Below are positions 1 to 9,334 of a stretch of DNA of 35,428 nucleotides, in pieces (positions within the stretch are counted from its first letter, which is position 1; each line of letters starts with the position of its first letter). This DNA comes from an uncultured Gammaproteobacteria bacterium. Its GTDB lineage: Bacteria; Patescibacteriota; Patescibacteriia; UBA2591; CAZVCF01. Both the position numbers and the translations under genes were made by a program. The notes under the pieces were generated by a model. It did not search any database, had not been told where the DNA came from, and worked only from the letters and a program-made list of their open reading frames with translations. The stretch lies in the NCBI GenBank assembly GCA_964626355.1, contig CAZVCF010000002.1, forward strand, positions 7,184-42,611, in the 5' to 3' direction.

Positions 1-1580
1 GGCGCGCCGAAATAAATAAATTTTTTGCCTCCGCCAAGGCAAAAACGGAGATGCTTATTGCCATTACCCACATAATCAAATTTTTCAATTCGTCCGCGCG
101 TGGCGAAAAGCGGAGATTCGTTTCCCATGCCAAACGGCTCGAATTTAATTACTTCATCGTACAATTGCCAATTGATATCATTCTGCGCGACTTCGGCGTC
201 AATAGGAAGAGTAATCTCTTCCGCCTCGGCGTTCATCCGTTTCGCCGCTTCTGCTCGAAACGCGTCAATAAATTGATTAATTTCTATGCCTTGCTTTAAT
301 TCAAACCCTCCGGCATTTTTATGTCCGCCGAATCGAACAAAATAATCTTTCAATGCCGCCAAAACTTCCGGAAGATCAAAATGGTTCGTGCGCACTGACG
401 CTTTAATGAAATTTTTATTTTCACTCATCGTCACTACCGGTTTATGATACCGTTCCATCAAACGATTACTAATAAGCCCCAGCACGCCGATCGGCCACTC
501 CTTGCCAACGCAAAACAAAATCTGTTGCGATGTATCGCACGCGCCACTCCCGATTTCATTTATAATCTTTTCGACGATTTCCTGACGTTTGATATTCGCT
601 TTACAGATTTGATCAGCAAGAAAATCAGCTTCTACCGGCTCTTTGGCAAGCAACAACGACAACGTGGCGCTCGCGTGATTGATACGGCTCGTCGCGTTGA
701 TGCGAGGCGCAATCTGAAAACCAATCGTATGACTGTCAATTTCTCCCGGCGAAATTTCCGCTTTTTTGATAAGCGCGCGCAATCCAAGACGCGATGTTTT
801 ATTCAACACCAATAATCCGTATTTCACTAACGCGCGATTTTCATCTAAAAGAGGCATCATATCCGCGACCGTGCCAATACACACGAAATCAAGAAGCCAT
901 TTTTCAAACGCTTCCCAATTAACCGGACCTTGTCCGTTATACACGCCTTCGCCGCATCGCTTGAACAATGCTTGCGCGAATTTGAACGCGACTCCGCATC
1001 CTGCCAACCGTTTGAATGGATAGGTCTCTCCGGTTAAAATCGGATTTAAAATCGCGTACGCGTCAGGCAATTCCGGCGGATTTGAATGATGATCAGTCAC
1101 GATGACGTCTATTCCTATCGCCTTCCCTGTCGCGATTGCTTCCACATCGCTTGTCCCGCAATCGCATGTGATCACAAGATGCGACCCGCTTTGCTCTATT
1201 TTTTGCAACGCTTCCGATCTAAGACCGTGCCCTTCTTTCTCTCGGTCAGGAAGATACACTTCAACGGTCGAGGATCCTAATTTTTCTAAACTTAATTTCA
1301 AAATACTTCCGGAGGTTACGCCATCAGCGTCAAAATCAGCGTACACGGTTATTTTTTCTTTTTTACTGATCGCCTGCCGAACGCGCTCTACCGCTTTTTC
1401 CATATCGCGGAACAAAAACGGATCATGGATATCGCGAGAATAATCTGGTCCGAGAAAAATATCTATTTCTTCCTGCGTTGTTAAATGACGGTTATACAAT
1501 AATTGCATAACCGTTTCATTCAACTCCGGAAAATTATTTTTAATTTCGTTCGGAACTTTTTGAGCTATCTTCCATTGCAT
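1..1580 (-). CDS. recJ: Single-stranded-DNA-specific exonuclease RecJ, N-terminal ~526 codons (C-terminus lies beyond the window start)
   Basis: Minus-strand frame from ATG (rc of 1578-1580) reads MQWKIAQKVPNEIKNNFPEL... with DHH-family motifs VYADFDADGV, VIVTDHH (rc ~1086-1110) and DHHA1-type FGGHKNAGGF. The frame stays open to the window edge, so it is absent from the ORF track. The plus-strand ORFs 51-1443 are its shadows. Confidence 0.9.
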   Translation of the reverse strand, partial: MQWKIAQKVPNEIKNNFPELNETVMQLLYNRHLTTQEEIDIFLGPDYSRDIHDPFLFRDMEKAVERVRQAISKKEKITVYADFDADGVTSGSILKLSLEKLGSSTVEVYLPDREKEGHGLRSEALQKIEQSGSHLVITCDCGTSDVEAIATGKAIGIDVIVTDHHSNPPELPDAYAILNPILTGETYPFKRLAGCGVAFKFAQALFKRCGEGVYNGQGPVNWEAFEKWLLDFVCIGTVADMMPLLDENRALVKYGLLVLNKTSRLGLRALIKKAEISPGEIDSHTIGFQIAPRINATSRINHASATLSLLLAKEPVEADFLADQICKANIKRQEIVEKIINEIGSGACDTSQQILFCVGKEWPIGVLGLISNRLMERYHKPVVTMSENKNFIKASVRTNHFDLPEVLAALKDYFVRFGGHKNAGGFELKQGIEINQFIDAFRAEAAKRMNAEAEEITLPIDAEVAQNDINWQLYDEVIKFEPFGMGNESPLFATRGRIEKFDYVGNGNKHLRFCLGGGKKFIYFGA

Positions 1581-1660
1581 ATAAATAGGATATTAGGGGG
1601 TTAGGATATTAGGGAATTAGGAATAAATAAAAAATAGGAAATTAGGGAATTAGAAATTTA
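1581..1660 (+). repeat. Family B spacer repeat (GGAATTAG/GGAAATTAG words), two tandem units abutting the recJ start codon
   Basis: ATAGGATATTAGGGGGTTAGGATATTAGGGAATTAGGAATAAA...ATAGGAAATTAGGGAATTAGAAATT. Related copies at 12757, 13452, 14371 (inverted), 15281, 25094, 34012. Confidence 0.75.
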
Positions 1661-1732
1661 GATTTTTGAATTCCACTAATCGTAGTATTGATACACAGTC
1701 ATTTCATTGTATCCGACCATTGTTAACGAGGC

Positions 1733-1758
1733 AATAAAAAAGAGGGGATGTTATCCCC
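1733..1758 (-). terminator. Rho-independent terminator candidate downstream of alr
   Basis: Minus strand reads GGGGAT-AAC-ATCCCC followed by TCTTTTTTATT, about 30 nt after the alr stop. Confidence 0.5.
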
Positions 1759-1789
1759 ACCCGTGTGGAAAAAAGATTGATATAGATTA

Positions 1790-2923
1790 TTATACAAAAA
1801 TTCTCGGCAGGTGATTCGCGATGCGCGTTGTAATCTCATAATTGATCGTACCGACTTTACGCGCTATATCCTCCGCGGCTATTTCTTTATTTTTTTGCAT
1901 TCCGAGAAGAACAGCTTCGTCTCCTTCTTTACATTCATCATCAACTTCCGCCATGCACATATTCATACACACTCGTCCGCGAATCGAATAACTCTTTCCG
2001 CGAACAAGAACCTCACCGCAATTTGATAGTTTCCGATCATAGCCGTCATAATAACCAATCGGCAAAACCGCTATTCTCGCCTCTCGATGCGCTTGATACG
2101 TCAAATCATATCCGATATACGATCCTTTTGGAATCGTTTTTATCTGTATTATTTTCGTTTTCCACGCAAGCACTGGCTGTAAACGAATCGCCAATTTTTT
2201 GTGTTCAGCATATTGTCGCGTTTCAAGAGATGGCCACATTCCGTAAAGTCCGATCCCCAGACGAACCATCGTATGATGCGTTGACGGATTCATTATCGTT
2301 GATGCAGTGCACGCCGCGTGCGTATAACGAGGCATGATCTTGCATCCTCGCAAAAGAGCGACTGCTTTAATAAAACGATCGTTTTGAATGTTGGTATACG
2401 ATTGATCAATTGATTCAGAATTTGCGAAGTGCGTGAACACTCCTTTTATAACGATATTTTTCGCGCGCGCGACCGTGTCGCACGCGTCAGCGAGCTGATG
2501 AAATAAAATACCCACGCGCGAGGTTCCGGTGTCAATTTTTAGATGCGCGTTAATCGGTGTTTTAAGCGAAGATAAAAATCGCATTTGTTCAAAAGTGTAT
2601 ACCGGCAATTCAATCTTATTTTTCACCGCCCAAAACACTTTCTGTTTATCGTTTTGCCAATAACTCAATACGGATATCGGGATATCTTTAATTGACCGGC
2701 GAGCTTCGATCGCCTCATCAAGCGACGCAACGCCAAGATACTCGGCGCCGGCTTTTTTAAAAATTTTTCCGCATTCAATCATTCCGTGCCCGTACGCATT
2801 GCTTTTTATCACCGCCATTATCGCCACTTTTTTATCAACCAATTTTCGAAAAGAAAAAAAATTCGCGCGCACCGCCGCGCGATTGATTTCAATCCATGAT
2901 AAATGATCGACCGCGCCGCTCAT
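1790..2923 (-). CDS. alr: Alanine racemase
   Basis: 377-aa ORF with the PLP-lysine motif AVIKSNAYGHG near the N-terminus and full-length alanine-racemase-like layout (..PIGYYDGYDR.., ..YEITTRI..). Confidence 0.9.
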   Translation of the reverse strand: MSGAVDHLSWIEINRAAVRANFFSFRKLVDKKVAIMAVIKSNAYGHGMIECGKIFKKAGAEYLGVASLDEAIEARRSIKDIPISVLSYWQNDKQKVFWAVKNKIELPVYTFEQMRFLSSLKTPINAHLKIDTGTSRVGILFHQLADACDTVARAKNIVIKGVFTHFANSESIDQSYTNIQNDRFIKAVALLRGCKIMPRYTHAACTASTIMNPSTHHTMVRLGIGLYGMWPSLETRQYAEHKKLAIRLQPVLAWKTKIIQIKTIPKGSYIGYDLTYQAHREARIAVLPIGYYDGYDRKLSNCGEVLVRGKSYSIRGRVCMNMCMAEVDDECKEGDEAVLLGMQKNKEIAAEDIARKVGTINYEITTRIANHLPRIFV

Positions 2924-2981
2924 AGCGAAAAACTAATAGTGAAGGATGAACGTATCAAATTACAAACATCTGATTCTAAAC

Positions 2982-3136
2982 AAATCCGAAATCCGAAACA
3001 CGAAATCCGAAACAAATTCAAATGTTCAAAATCCAAAATTAAAAACAAAAATAAAATTCGGTTCCAAAATTGTTTTGGTCATTAGAATTTTGAATTTAGA
3101 TATTGTTTCGGATTTCGTGCTTCGAATTTCGGATTT
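2982..3136. repeat. Inverted repeat: 34-nt arms (2982..3015 / 3103..3136) around an 87-nt spacer containing the core TTTTGGTCATTAGAATTTTG
   Basis: AAATCCGAAATCCGAAACACGAAATCCGAAACAA versus rc of TTGTTTCGGATTTCGTGCTTCGAATTTCGGATTT: 32 of 34 match. Both mismatches are G-U compatible on the minus (transcribed) strand. Lies between the ctpA stop and the alr start. Confidence 0.75.
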
Positions 3137-4353
3137 TATTTGAGTAATTCTATCGCCTTATCCAACTGCGGATCTTTTTTGTTTTTGTAATCTTCTTCGG
3201 TCATCTTAACCTCTTTATCCGGCTTGATTCCTTCTTTATCAATCAAACGCCCAAGCGGCGTGTACCAATGCGCCACTGTTACTTTAAGCGCTGATCCGTC
3301 AAGAAATGAATTCATCTCTTGCACCGAACCCTTGCCGAATGTTTTTTCTCCAACAAGCGTTGCCAACTTATAATCCTGTAACGCGCCGCCGAGAATTTCA
3401 GACGCGGACGCGGAACCTTGATTCACCAAAACAACCGTTTTAACTTTTTCAAGCTGCCCTTTTCCCTCGCCTTCAGCAACATAATTTGTCTCGTTAAAGC
3501 TCTCGCGCCCTTTTGAAATAACGCTTATCTTCTCCGGAGCCCAAAAACTAATCATTTCAGACGCAACCTCTAAAAATCCTCCCGGGTTATTGCGTAAGTC
3601 AAGAACCAACCCTTTATATTTTTTTGCGTGAAACGCGTTGACCGCCGATTGAAAATTTTCAATCGTATCACTGCCAAAACTTGACAGTCTCACGTAAAAA
3701 ATATCGCCGTTATTTTTTTCTTCCCATTCAACTGACTTAACGACAATCGTATCGCGGACGATTGGAAAATCTTTCGCTATCGACCATCCGTCGCGATAAA
3801 TGGAAAGAGTCACGGTTTCGCCTTTCGGGCCGCGAATGCGCGATACCGCGTCTTCAATAACCATTCCCATTGTTGAGGTTCCGTTGATCGCGATAATTTT
3901 ATCGCCTGCCAACAATCCCGCTTTGTCCGCCGGCGTTCCTTTGAGCGGCGCGATCACGGTTAATTGGTCATTGCGCATACCGATCTCAATGCCGATTCCT
4001 CCAAAACTGCCGTTCAGATCTTCGCTAAATTTTTTTGCGAGCGACGGCTTTAAAAAAACCGTGTACGGATCTTTCACACCGGACGCGATTCCTGTAAGCG
4101 AACCGTAAAATAATTCCTTGTCGTCAATGGTATCGCTCCCGATATAATTATTCCGTATCATGTCGTACACCTGTTTGTAAAGCGAAAAATCAAATCCGTC
4201 GGTAAAATTTTTTTCTCCTTTTGAAATAAACGCGTCAATTGATTCAAACTGCGCGCCATCGCGCACGACCACGAATACGCCGACAACCGCGCCGGCAAAA
4301 AATAAAATCACCGCCGCGATTATAACGCCAAAAAATTTAAACGCTTTTTTCAT
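3136..4353 (-). CDS. ctpA: Carboxy-terminal processing protease (S41 peptidase) with PDZ domain
   Basis: 405-aa ORF with an N-terminal membrane anchor (FFGVIIAAVILFFAGAVVGVFVVV), a PDZ segment (GLLAGDKIIAINGTS) and an S41 catalytic region (VVLVNQGSASASEI...KTFGKGSVQ). Confidence 0.85.
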   Translation of the reverse strand: MKKAFKFFGVIIAAVILFFAGAVVGVFVVVRDGAQFESIDAFISKGEKNFTDGFDFSLYKQVYDMIRNNYIGSDTIDDKELFYGSLTGIASGVKDPYTVFLKPSLAKKFSEDLNGSFGGIGIEIGMRNDQLTVIAPLKGTPADKAGLLAGDKIIAINGTSTMGMVIEDAVSRIRGPKGETVTLSIYRDGWSIAKDFPIVRDTIVVKSVEWEEKNNGDIFYVRLSSFGSDTIENFQSAVNAFHAKKYKGLVLDLRNNPGGFLEVASEMISFWAPEKISVISKGRESFNETNYVAEGEGKGQLEKVKTVVLVNQGSASASEILGGALQDYKLATLVGEKTFGKGSVQEMNSFLDGSALKVTVAHWYTPLGRLIDKEGIKPDKEVKMTEEDYKNKKDPQLDKAIELLK

Positions 4354-4368
4354 ACTGTGCTACAAAAA

Positions 4369-4617
4369 TTAACGGTAATGATTAGTGATGTCGATGATCT
4401 CTATTATATCTCTTTTTCTGAAAATAAAAATAACTCGATATTTCTTATCGATCCTAAAGCTCCATAATCGTAAATGTGGTGGTTCTAATAATTCTGTGTT
4501 AAGACTCTTATGAAAGGGATTTCTCTCAAAAAATCTCTTTTGTTTTTCAAACTTCTTCTGTAAAGCGTGCCGCTTAATATATAATTGCAAATCCTTATGA
4601 AGCGGGAGAATATTCAT
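4369..4617 (-). CDS. RelE/ParE-superfamily toxin (putative)
   Basis: 82-aa basic ORF ending ...LWSFRIDKKYRVIFIFRKRDIIEIIDITNHYR, the usual RelE/ParE C-terminal pattern. ATGA overlap with the upstream small ORF. Confidence 0.6.
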   Translation of the reverse strand: MNILPLHKDLQLYIKRHALQKKFEKQKRFFERNPFHKSLNTELLEPPHLRLWSFRIDKKYRVIFIFRKRDIIEIIDITNHYR

Positions 4618-4838
4618 CCGGTAAAATAAGTTGATCGACGAAGCGCCTTGCTAAAATTTTTTATAAACGCCTTTGAATAATATTTTGTCTTTTTTAACTC
4701 TCGCATAATATGCGCGCGATTTCTAGTCGGTGGCGCATCAAAAATATCTTCCGTCAATAATTGGCGAAAATAATCATATTTCAATTTCGCTTCTATTAAT
4801 TCTTGGTATTTTTTTTCGGAAAGCGTGATAGTTGCCAT
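4614..4838 (-). CDS. Putative antitoxin partner of the RelE-like toxin
   Basis: 74-aa ORF directly upstream of the toxin. Its TGA stop overlaps the toxin ATG (ATGA). Family not recognised. Confidence 0.45.
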   Translation of the reverse strand: MATITLSEKKYQELIEAKLKYDYFRQLLTEDIFDAPPTRNRAHIMRELKKTKYYSKAFIKNFSKALRRSTYFTG

Positions 4839-4942
4839 ATATTAAATAGTATAATGACATTCGTTTCTCTGTCAAACAATCATTACTTAAAATTCTCCAA
4901 AAATTCTTCTTTGAATTCATCAAGACATTTTTGCCTTCTTCT

Positions 4943-5278
4943 TTATACCACCTCGTTCATCACCTCATTAACGAATTGCAATGACTGTTCCTTGAACTTC
5001 CCTACTTCTTCTTTAACGACTGCGTCAAAATTCGGTATTTTTGTGGCTAAAAAATTCATAATTTCCTCTGGAGCGCGGTCTTTGCCTTCTCCGGCGGATG
5101 TCAAAAATGCGTCAAATGCGTCTTTGTCGCTTTCGGACATCATATCAAGCGCGCGAATCATAATCGCGCGATATAAAATATCGCCAATTTTCAGTATCAC
5201 TGCTTGCTGTTTTTCCTCTGGTAGCGTATCCAAATGCAACTCTTTAATCAAATTTATCGTTGCTGTTTGTTGATCCAT
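4943..5278 (-). CDS. Small acidic helical hypothetical protein (resembles the DUF5663-type proteins common in CPR genomes; from memory, unverified)
   Basis: 111-aa ORF with ..LHLDTLPEEKQQAVILKIGDILYRAIMIRAL.. and an ATG start. Confidence 0.55.
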   Translation of the reverse strand: MDQQTATINLIKELHLDTLPEEKQQAVILKIGDILYRAIMIRALDMMSESDKDAFDAFLTSAGEGKDRAPEEIMNFLATKIPNFDAVVKEEVGKFKEQSLQFVNEVMNEVV

Positions 5279-5307
5279 ATAAAAAATTAAGGAATAAATT
5301 ATTTATC

Positions 5308-8300
5308 TTAATACCATTCTGGATAATATTCTTTCAATTTAGATTCTTCAACAACACTCTTCAGTCGAGCTTGCCAATCACCATTACTTTCGGGTAACGA
5401 TTCCCCGTAACTTTTTAAATCAGCCCTGATAGAACTCACTAATTTATTTTTATACGCATCAATAAATCCACCTCTCTGCGCTTGTGGAATATCTTTTTCA
5501 ATATCTTCCGCAAAAGAAAAAGTATTATTTTTGAGACTCTCTAATTTCCGCTCTAACATTTCCATACCAATTATTCTATTGACTGTAATCTTATCGTCCT
5601 GTGCTACCAAAAAATAACGTGAACCAACTTTTGTCCATTCATTTAAAACGTTTACTACTTCATTCTCTTTCATCGTAAAACTTTCATTAAGCGTAGTGTC
5701 GTTAAAATGAACCATTTTTGAAAAATGTGATAAATCTAAATCCTTTGGTTTAACTTCCTGTATATTTTCAATTTGCTTTTGTAACGGTTCCGTTACTGCC
5801 GCGCTCGATTGCTTTGTATCTGGCGCGTCAGTCGGTTTTGGAGCCTGCGGTGGCGGTGTTTCAATTGATCCCGATTGTGAGCCAACCGGCGGTGACACAT
5901 ATGTTTTAATATTCTCAACAGCGGATATTTTATTATCAGGCGTAATCTCAAAAGAGCTCTTTCCGGTGTATCTATCTCCTAGCGCGACATGTAAAGCGCC
6001 TTTATCCGACAATGTAATATTTATTTTATCCGGAGATGTGCCATCTATACTGCTATCGTCAAATAAAAATGTCTTATCTCCAACTTGAACCTTCATTCCT
6101 TCAATTTTAACACCGTGATCTTTCATAAATTGTTCAGCGTTTTGAGTAACTGTTGCTTGTTTAATAGAACTATCAAGATTTTTAAATACTTCGGATCGAA
6201 CTGGCGGCAACGCATCTACCGGTTTCGGTGATACTTCCAATCCTGATTTTTGTCCTATTGGTTGTTGTTCAGTCGCTGTCGTCTTTAGTGTATTTGGCTC
6301 TGTCACTGCCGCGACTGGTTTCGGCGATGCTTCTATTGTCACGTCTTGCGGGATAGATTCTGTTGCCGGTTCTATCGGCACTTCGGGTTTGTTAAACTTG
6401 AAGTAAATATCTTCTTGTCCAGCAGGCGTGTTATCAACATCGATAAGTTTTGCATTGCCTGTTCCATCAAACGCGACCCTCACGCCTTCATGCGCAATGC
6501 GCATTTCTCCGCCCGGCGTCAGCCATCCTTCCTTAATCAAAATTTTACCAGTGAGCTCATTAATTTCATTCTTATCCAGCCCGTCGTCAAAATTAATGCC
6601 TTTCAAATCCTCCGGTTTGAGCCCAAATTTTTTAGTGAGTATTTCTGTTAATTGGTCTTTATTAAGTTGCATCTCTTGCGCGTTCAACGCGTTGCGGTTC
6701 ATTTGCGTCAAATATTCAACTTGTCGTTTTACCGCGTGCCATACGCCTTCTCCCTTGCCAACAGTGCCAAGCTTCGCAAGATTCTCAATATTTTGTTTTT
6801 CTATTGGCCGTAATATCTCTTCTCGCGAAGGACCTGTTGGTTCTGGTGGCGGTACGTTGCCTTTACCGCTTTCTGGCTGTGCCACGCCTTTGCCATCGCC
6901 AATCGGAACTTGAATATGGGGCCGTTCAATGCCTAATTTATCAATAAGCGCGTTGCTGTACGCTCCATGAACAAGATATGCTTCGCCGATCATCGCTCCC
7001 GCAACCGCAAGCCCACCGCATAATTTTGCTATGCCGACTCGTTTTTGATATTTTGCTTCATTATCTAAAATAGCATCATATCCTGATTGTTTAGCACGTA
7101 AAAATATTTCTACTTCCTCTTCTTTTAATTCTTTTCCTGTTCCGCGCACTTCCTGCCGATATTCTTCTTTCGCGTGCTCGAGTGTTTTGCCTCCTAAAAT
7201 TTTTTCACGAAACCAAGACGCGTTCGCAATTTTGCCAATTCCGCCGCTTACCCCGAGGACCATTGTTCCAGCCAACGCGGCACGAGCAAGACGATAGGTA
7301 AAATACGCGCCAATTCCAATTCCAGCCATTGCCGTTGGCACAAACATAAACACCGCGCCAGCGCCAAGTCCAGCGGAAATCACCCATCGCACCGGTGGTT
7401 TCATTTTAGTCCATTTTTCCCACAATTTTCCTACAATTCCTTTCTCTTTCGGCGGCCAACTGTCAGTAAATTCTTTTTGAAAAATGTCTTTTTCATTAAC
7501 GATGCATTCTTCAAAAACAAACGCTGTAGCTTCTTCTTGCGATTTTCCTTCTTTTAATTTTTCTTTCACGAACGACTTGCCGTATTCAACATTTGCTTGT
7601 TCATATTTTTGATATACTTCTTGTAATAAGGCTTCATTGCCTGTTTTCCCGCCTACGAGCCTATTTTGCTGTTCATATTCCTTAAATAACTCAAAATATT
7701 TCTTCCGCGCATCATCTCGCGCAGTTTTTACTACTTCTAATAAGGACTCCTTCTTTTCCTCTGGCTTTTCTTCGGGTGGCTTGTCCTTAACCCTTTCCTT
7801 CTCTTCTTGCTCCATATAATCTTTCGCTTCTTTCTCTAATGAAACGATAATACTATTATCCATCTTCTCCAAACGCGCTTCTTGAAGTAATATATCTATA
7901 ATTTTCGCCACTCTCTCGAACGAAGACTCCTTTTTCTCAACACGCTCACGAAGCCCTTCAAGAAATACTTCCAACGCCTCATTATTTTTTAAAACTGCGG
8001 TTATCGTCGCTTTCTTTTTTTCTTCTGTTCTTCGTTTTCTTTCTTCTTCATTTGCTTTATCATCGACCACAATTTTATCATGAGAAGATTCATCTTCCTT
8101 GACTACCTCGTCCGGAAGCGGCAGTTCTACGTTCAGTATTGGCGTTAACGCTTTCTCTAATTTCTCGACTGATGCTGACGTTTCCGCTTTATCTATCTTT
8201 AACACTTCCGCTTTCGCCGTTGATAACGGAGGCGTTTTCTTCTCTGCTAGCGGCGATTCTTTAATTCCCGATGCTATAGATTTATCAACTTCTCCGGTTG

Positions 8301-8832
8301 TCACGGTTTCCACTAGCGTTGGCGATTCTGTTTTTTTCTCTTCTGATTCATCGTCGTCTAAATATAGCTCGCCACTTTGATCATTCAATAAATTAACCTT
8401 TCCCTCTATGGGAGCCGTAGACTTCTTTTCTGAAAACGAAAAAACGTCCACCAAAGTACCAAACATTTGTTTATTGAGATTCACAAAATTTTGCCCGGCA
8501 TTTTTTATCTTTTGCAGTACACTCTCTTCCGATTTTTTGACTGTTTCTATCTCTTGCGGAGTCGCGTCAGCCTTGCTTACGGCGAGATCGCTTCCTTTCT
8601 GAATAGTAATTTCTGCGGCGTTAACAGTTTTTGTAACATTTTCTACTATTTTTTCCGCTTCCGTCTCAACTTTTTTCTCATCCACTCGTGCGCCTTCCGT
8701 CGTTTCCATCTGTTGCGGCAACGGCTCTTCTTTCACTGGCTTATCAGATTCTTCTCGACGCAATTTCGCGTCTTTTTGAAATTGATCGCTCTCTTTTTGC
8801 GCTGCTTTTAATTTTTCATTATCAATTCCCAT
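5308..8832 (-). CDS. Large (1174 aa) hypothetical membrane protein: charged Glu/Lys-rich N-terminal half, central TM cluster, Pro-rich C-terminal half
   Basis: Single uninterrupted ORF. Gly/Ala-rich hydrophobic helices (SAGLGAGAVFMFVPTAMAGIGIGAYF.., LAGTMVLGVSGGIG, LCGGLAVAGAMIGEAYLV). No catalytic motif recognised. Confidence 0.75.
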   Translation of the reverse strand: MGIDNEKLKAAQKESDQFQKDAKLRREESDKPVKEEPLPQQMETTEGARVDEKKVETEAEKIVENVTKTVNAAEITIQKGSDLAVSKADATPQEIETVKKSEESVLQKIKNAGQNFVNLNKQMFGTLVDVFSFSEKKSTAPIEGKVNLLNDQSGELYLDDDESEEKKTESPTLVETVTTGEVDKSIASGIKESPLAEKKTPPLSTAKAEVLKIDKAETSASVEKLEKALTPILNVELPLPDEVVKEDESSHDKIVVDDKANEEERKRRTEEKKKATITAVLKNNEALEVFLEGLRERVEKKESSFERVAKIIDILLQEARLEKMDNSIIVSLEKEAKDYMEQEEKERVKDKPPEEKPEEKKESLLEVVKTARDDARKKYFELFKEYEQQNRLVGGKTGNEALLQEVYQKYEQANVEYGKSFVKEKLKEGKSQEEATAFVFEECIVNEKDIFQKEFTDSWPPKEKGIVGKLWEKWTKMKPPVRWVISAGLGAGAVFMFVPTAMAGIGIGAYFTYRLARAALAGTMVLGVSGGIGKIANASWFREKILGGKTLEHAKEEYRQEVRGTGKELKEEEVEIFLRAKQSGYDAILDNEAKYQKRVGIAKLCGGLAVAGAMIGEAYLVHGAYSNALIDKLGIERPHIQVPIGDGKGVAQPESGKGNVPPPEPTGPSREEILRPIEKQNIENLAKLGTVGKGEGVWHAVKRQVEYLTQMNRNALNAQEMQLNKDQLTEILTKKFGLKPEDLKGINFDDGLDKNEINELTGKILIKEGWLTPGGEMRIAHEGVRVAFDGTGNAKLIDVDNTPAGQEDIYFKFNKPEVPIEPATESIPQDVTIEASPKPVAAVTEPNTLKTTATEQQPIGQKSGLEVSPKPVDALPPVRSEVFKNLDSSIKQATVTQNAEQFMKDHGVKIEGMKVQVGDKTFLFDDSSIDGTSPDKINITLSDKGALHVALGDRYTGKSSFEITPDNKISAVENIKTYVSPPVGSQSGSIETPPPQAPKPTDAPDTKQSSAAVTEPLQKQIENIQEVKPKDLDLSHFSKMVHFNDTTLNESFTMKENEVVNVLNEWTKVGSRYFLVAQDDKITVNRIIGMEMLERKLESLKNNTFSFAEDIEKDIPQAQRGGFIDAYKNKLVSSIRADLKSYGESLPESNGDWQARLKSVVEESKLKEYYPEWY

Positions 8833-8987
8833 ACATCAATAAATTATGATTTATGAATAATTATTTTTTGGAATTATATAATTGGAAATTTATTGGAAAT
8901 TACAATTTTTTTATTGATAGTTGATGGTTGAATGTTGAAAGTTAACTTTATTTGTTTTTTACCCTATACCCTAGTGGCTATACCATT

Positions 8988-9015
8988 CCGCCAGAGGCGG
9001 ATCCGTCTCTGGCGG
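8988..9015 (-). terminator. GC-rich palindromic hairpin downstream of the 9031..9231 ORF
   Basis: CCGCCAGAG-GCGGATCCGT-CTCTGGCGG (9-bp outer stem, inner CGG/CCG). No strong T-tract. Confidence 0.4.
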
Positions 9016-9030
9016 AAAACCCTATTCCTA

Positions 9031-9231
9031 TTAAAGTCCCAATCTCTCTTTTATCTCTTTAATTTTGCGCTCGTTAATTTCTTTTAAAATTTTTTGCACG
9101 ACCGCATTATGCTCTCTTTCAAGCTGATGCACTTCAGAAAGAAACGCCTGAAACGCATTTCTTAGACGCTTCATTTTTTCCTGATCGCTTAACTGTGATA
9201 ATTGAGTATCCATTATATCGTTAATAACCAC
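9031..9231 (-). CDS. Small coiled-coil hypothetical protein
   Basis: 66-aa ORF (GTG start in the track; ATG alternative at 9213) with heptad-like charged sequence. Confidence 0.4.
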   Translation of the reverse strand: MVINDIMDTQLSQLSDQEKMKRLRNAFQAFLSEVHQLEREHNAVVQKILKEINERKIKEIKERLGL

Positions 9232-9290
9232 TAAGAAATAAATTCAATAGAAAACTCTCACTATTTTTCACTTTTGTTTTTTAATTTTAG

Positions 9291-9334
9291 ATTTTGAATT
9301 GTCATTTTGATTTTTGCATTTTGATTTTTGATTT
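9291..9334 (-). repeat. Family A spacer repeat, solo arm
   Basis: ATTTTGAATTGTCATTTTGATTTTTGCATTTTGATTTTTGATTT is the rc of the AAAATCAAAATGCAAAAATCAAAATGACAAT-type consensus. Confidence 0.7.

Noticed and set aside
51-1443. Five plus-strand ORFs (51..299, 444..815, 766..1023, 1086..1280, 1102..1443).
   Set aside because: They lie antisense to a continuous minus-strand frame with clear RecJ motifs (DHH, DHHA1). Their translations are low-complexity, Arg/Ser/Phe-rich shadow products.
1591-1660. TTAGGG words in Family B as telomere-like repeats.
   Set aside because: They occur only as parts of irregular GGAATTAG/GGAAATTAG words inside short spacers of a bacterial gene array. The resemblance is coincidental.
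6346-8811. Multiple plus-strand ORFs (6346..6651, 6428..6913, 7637..7819, 8099..8380, 8408..8602, 8467..8811) and a minus-strand out-of-frame ORF (7205..7387).
   Set aside because: All are nested within or antisense to the single 1174-aa ORF. Their Ser/Phe-rich low-complexity translations are typical of antisense frames of a Glu/Lys-rich gene.
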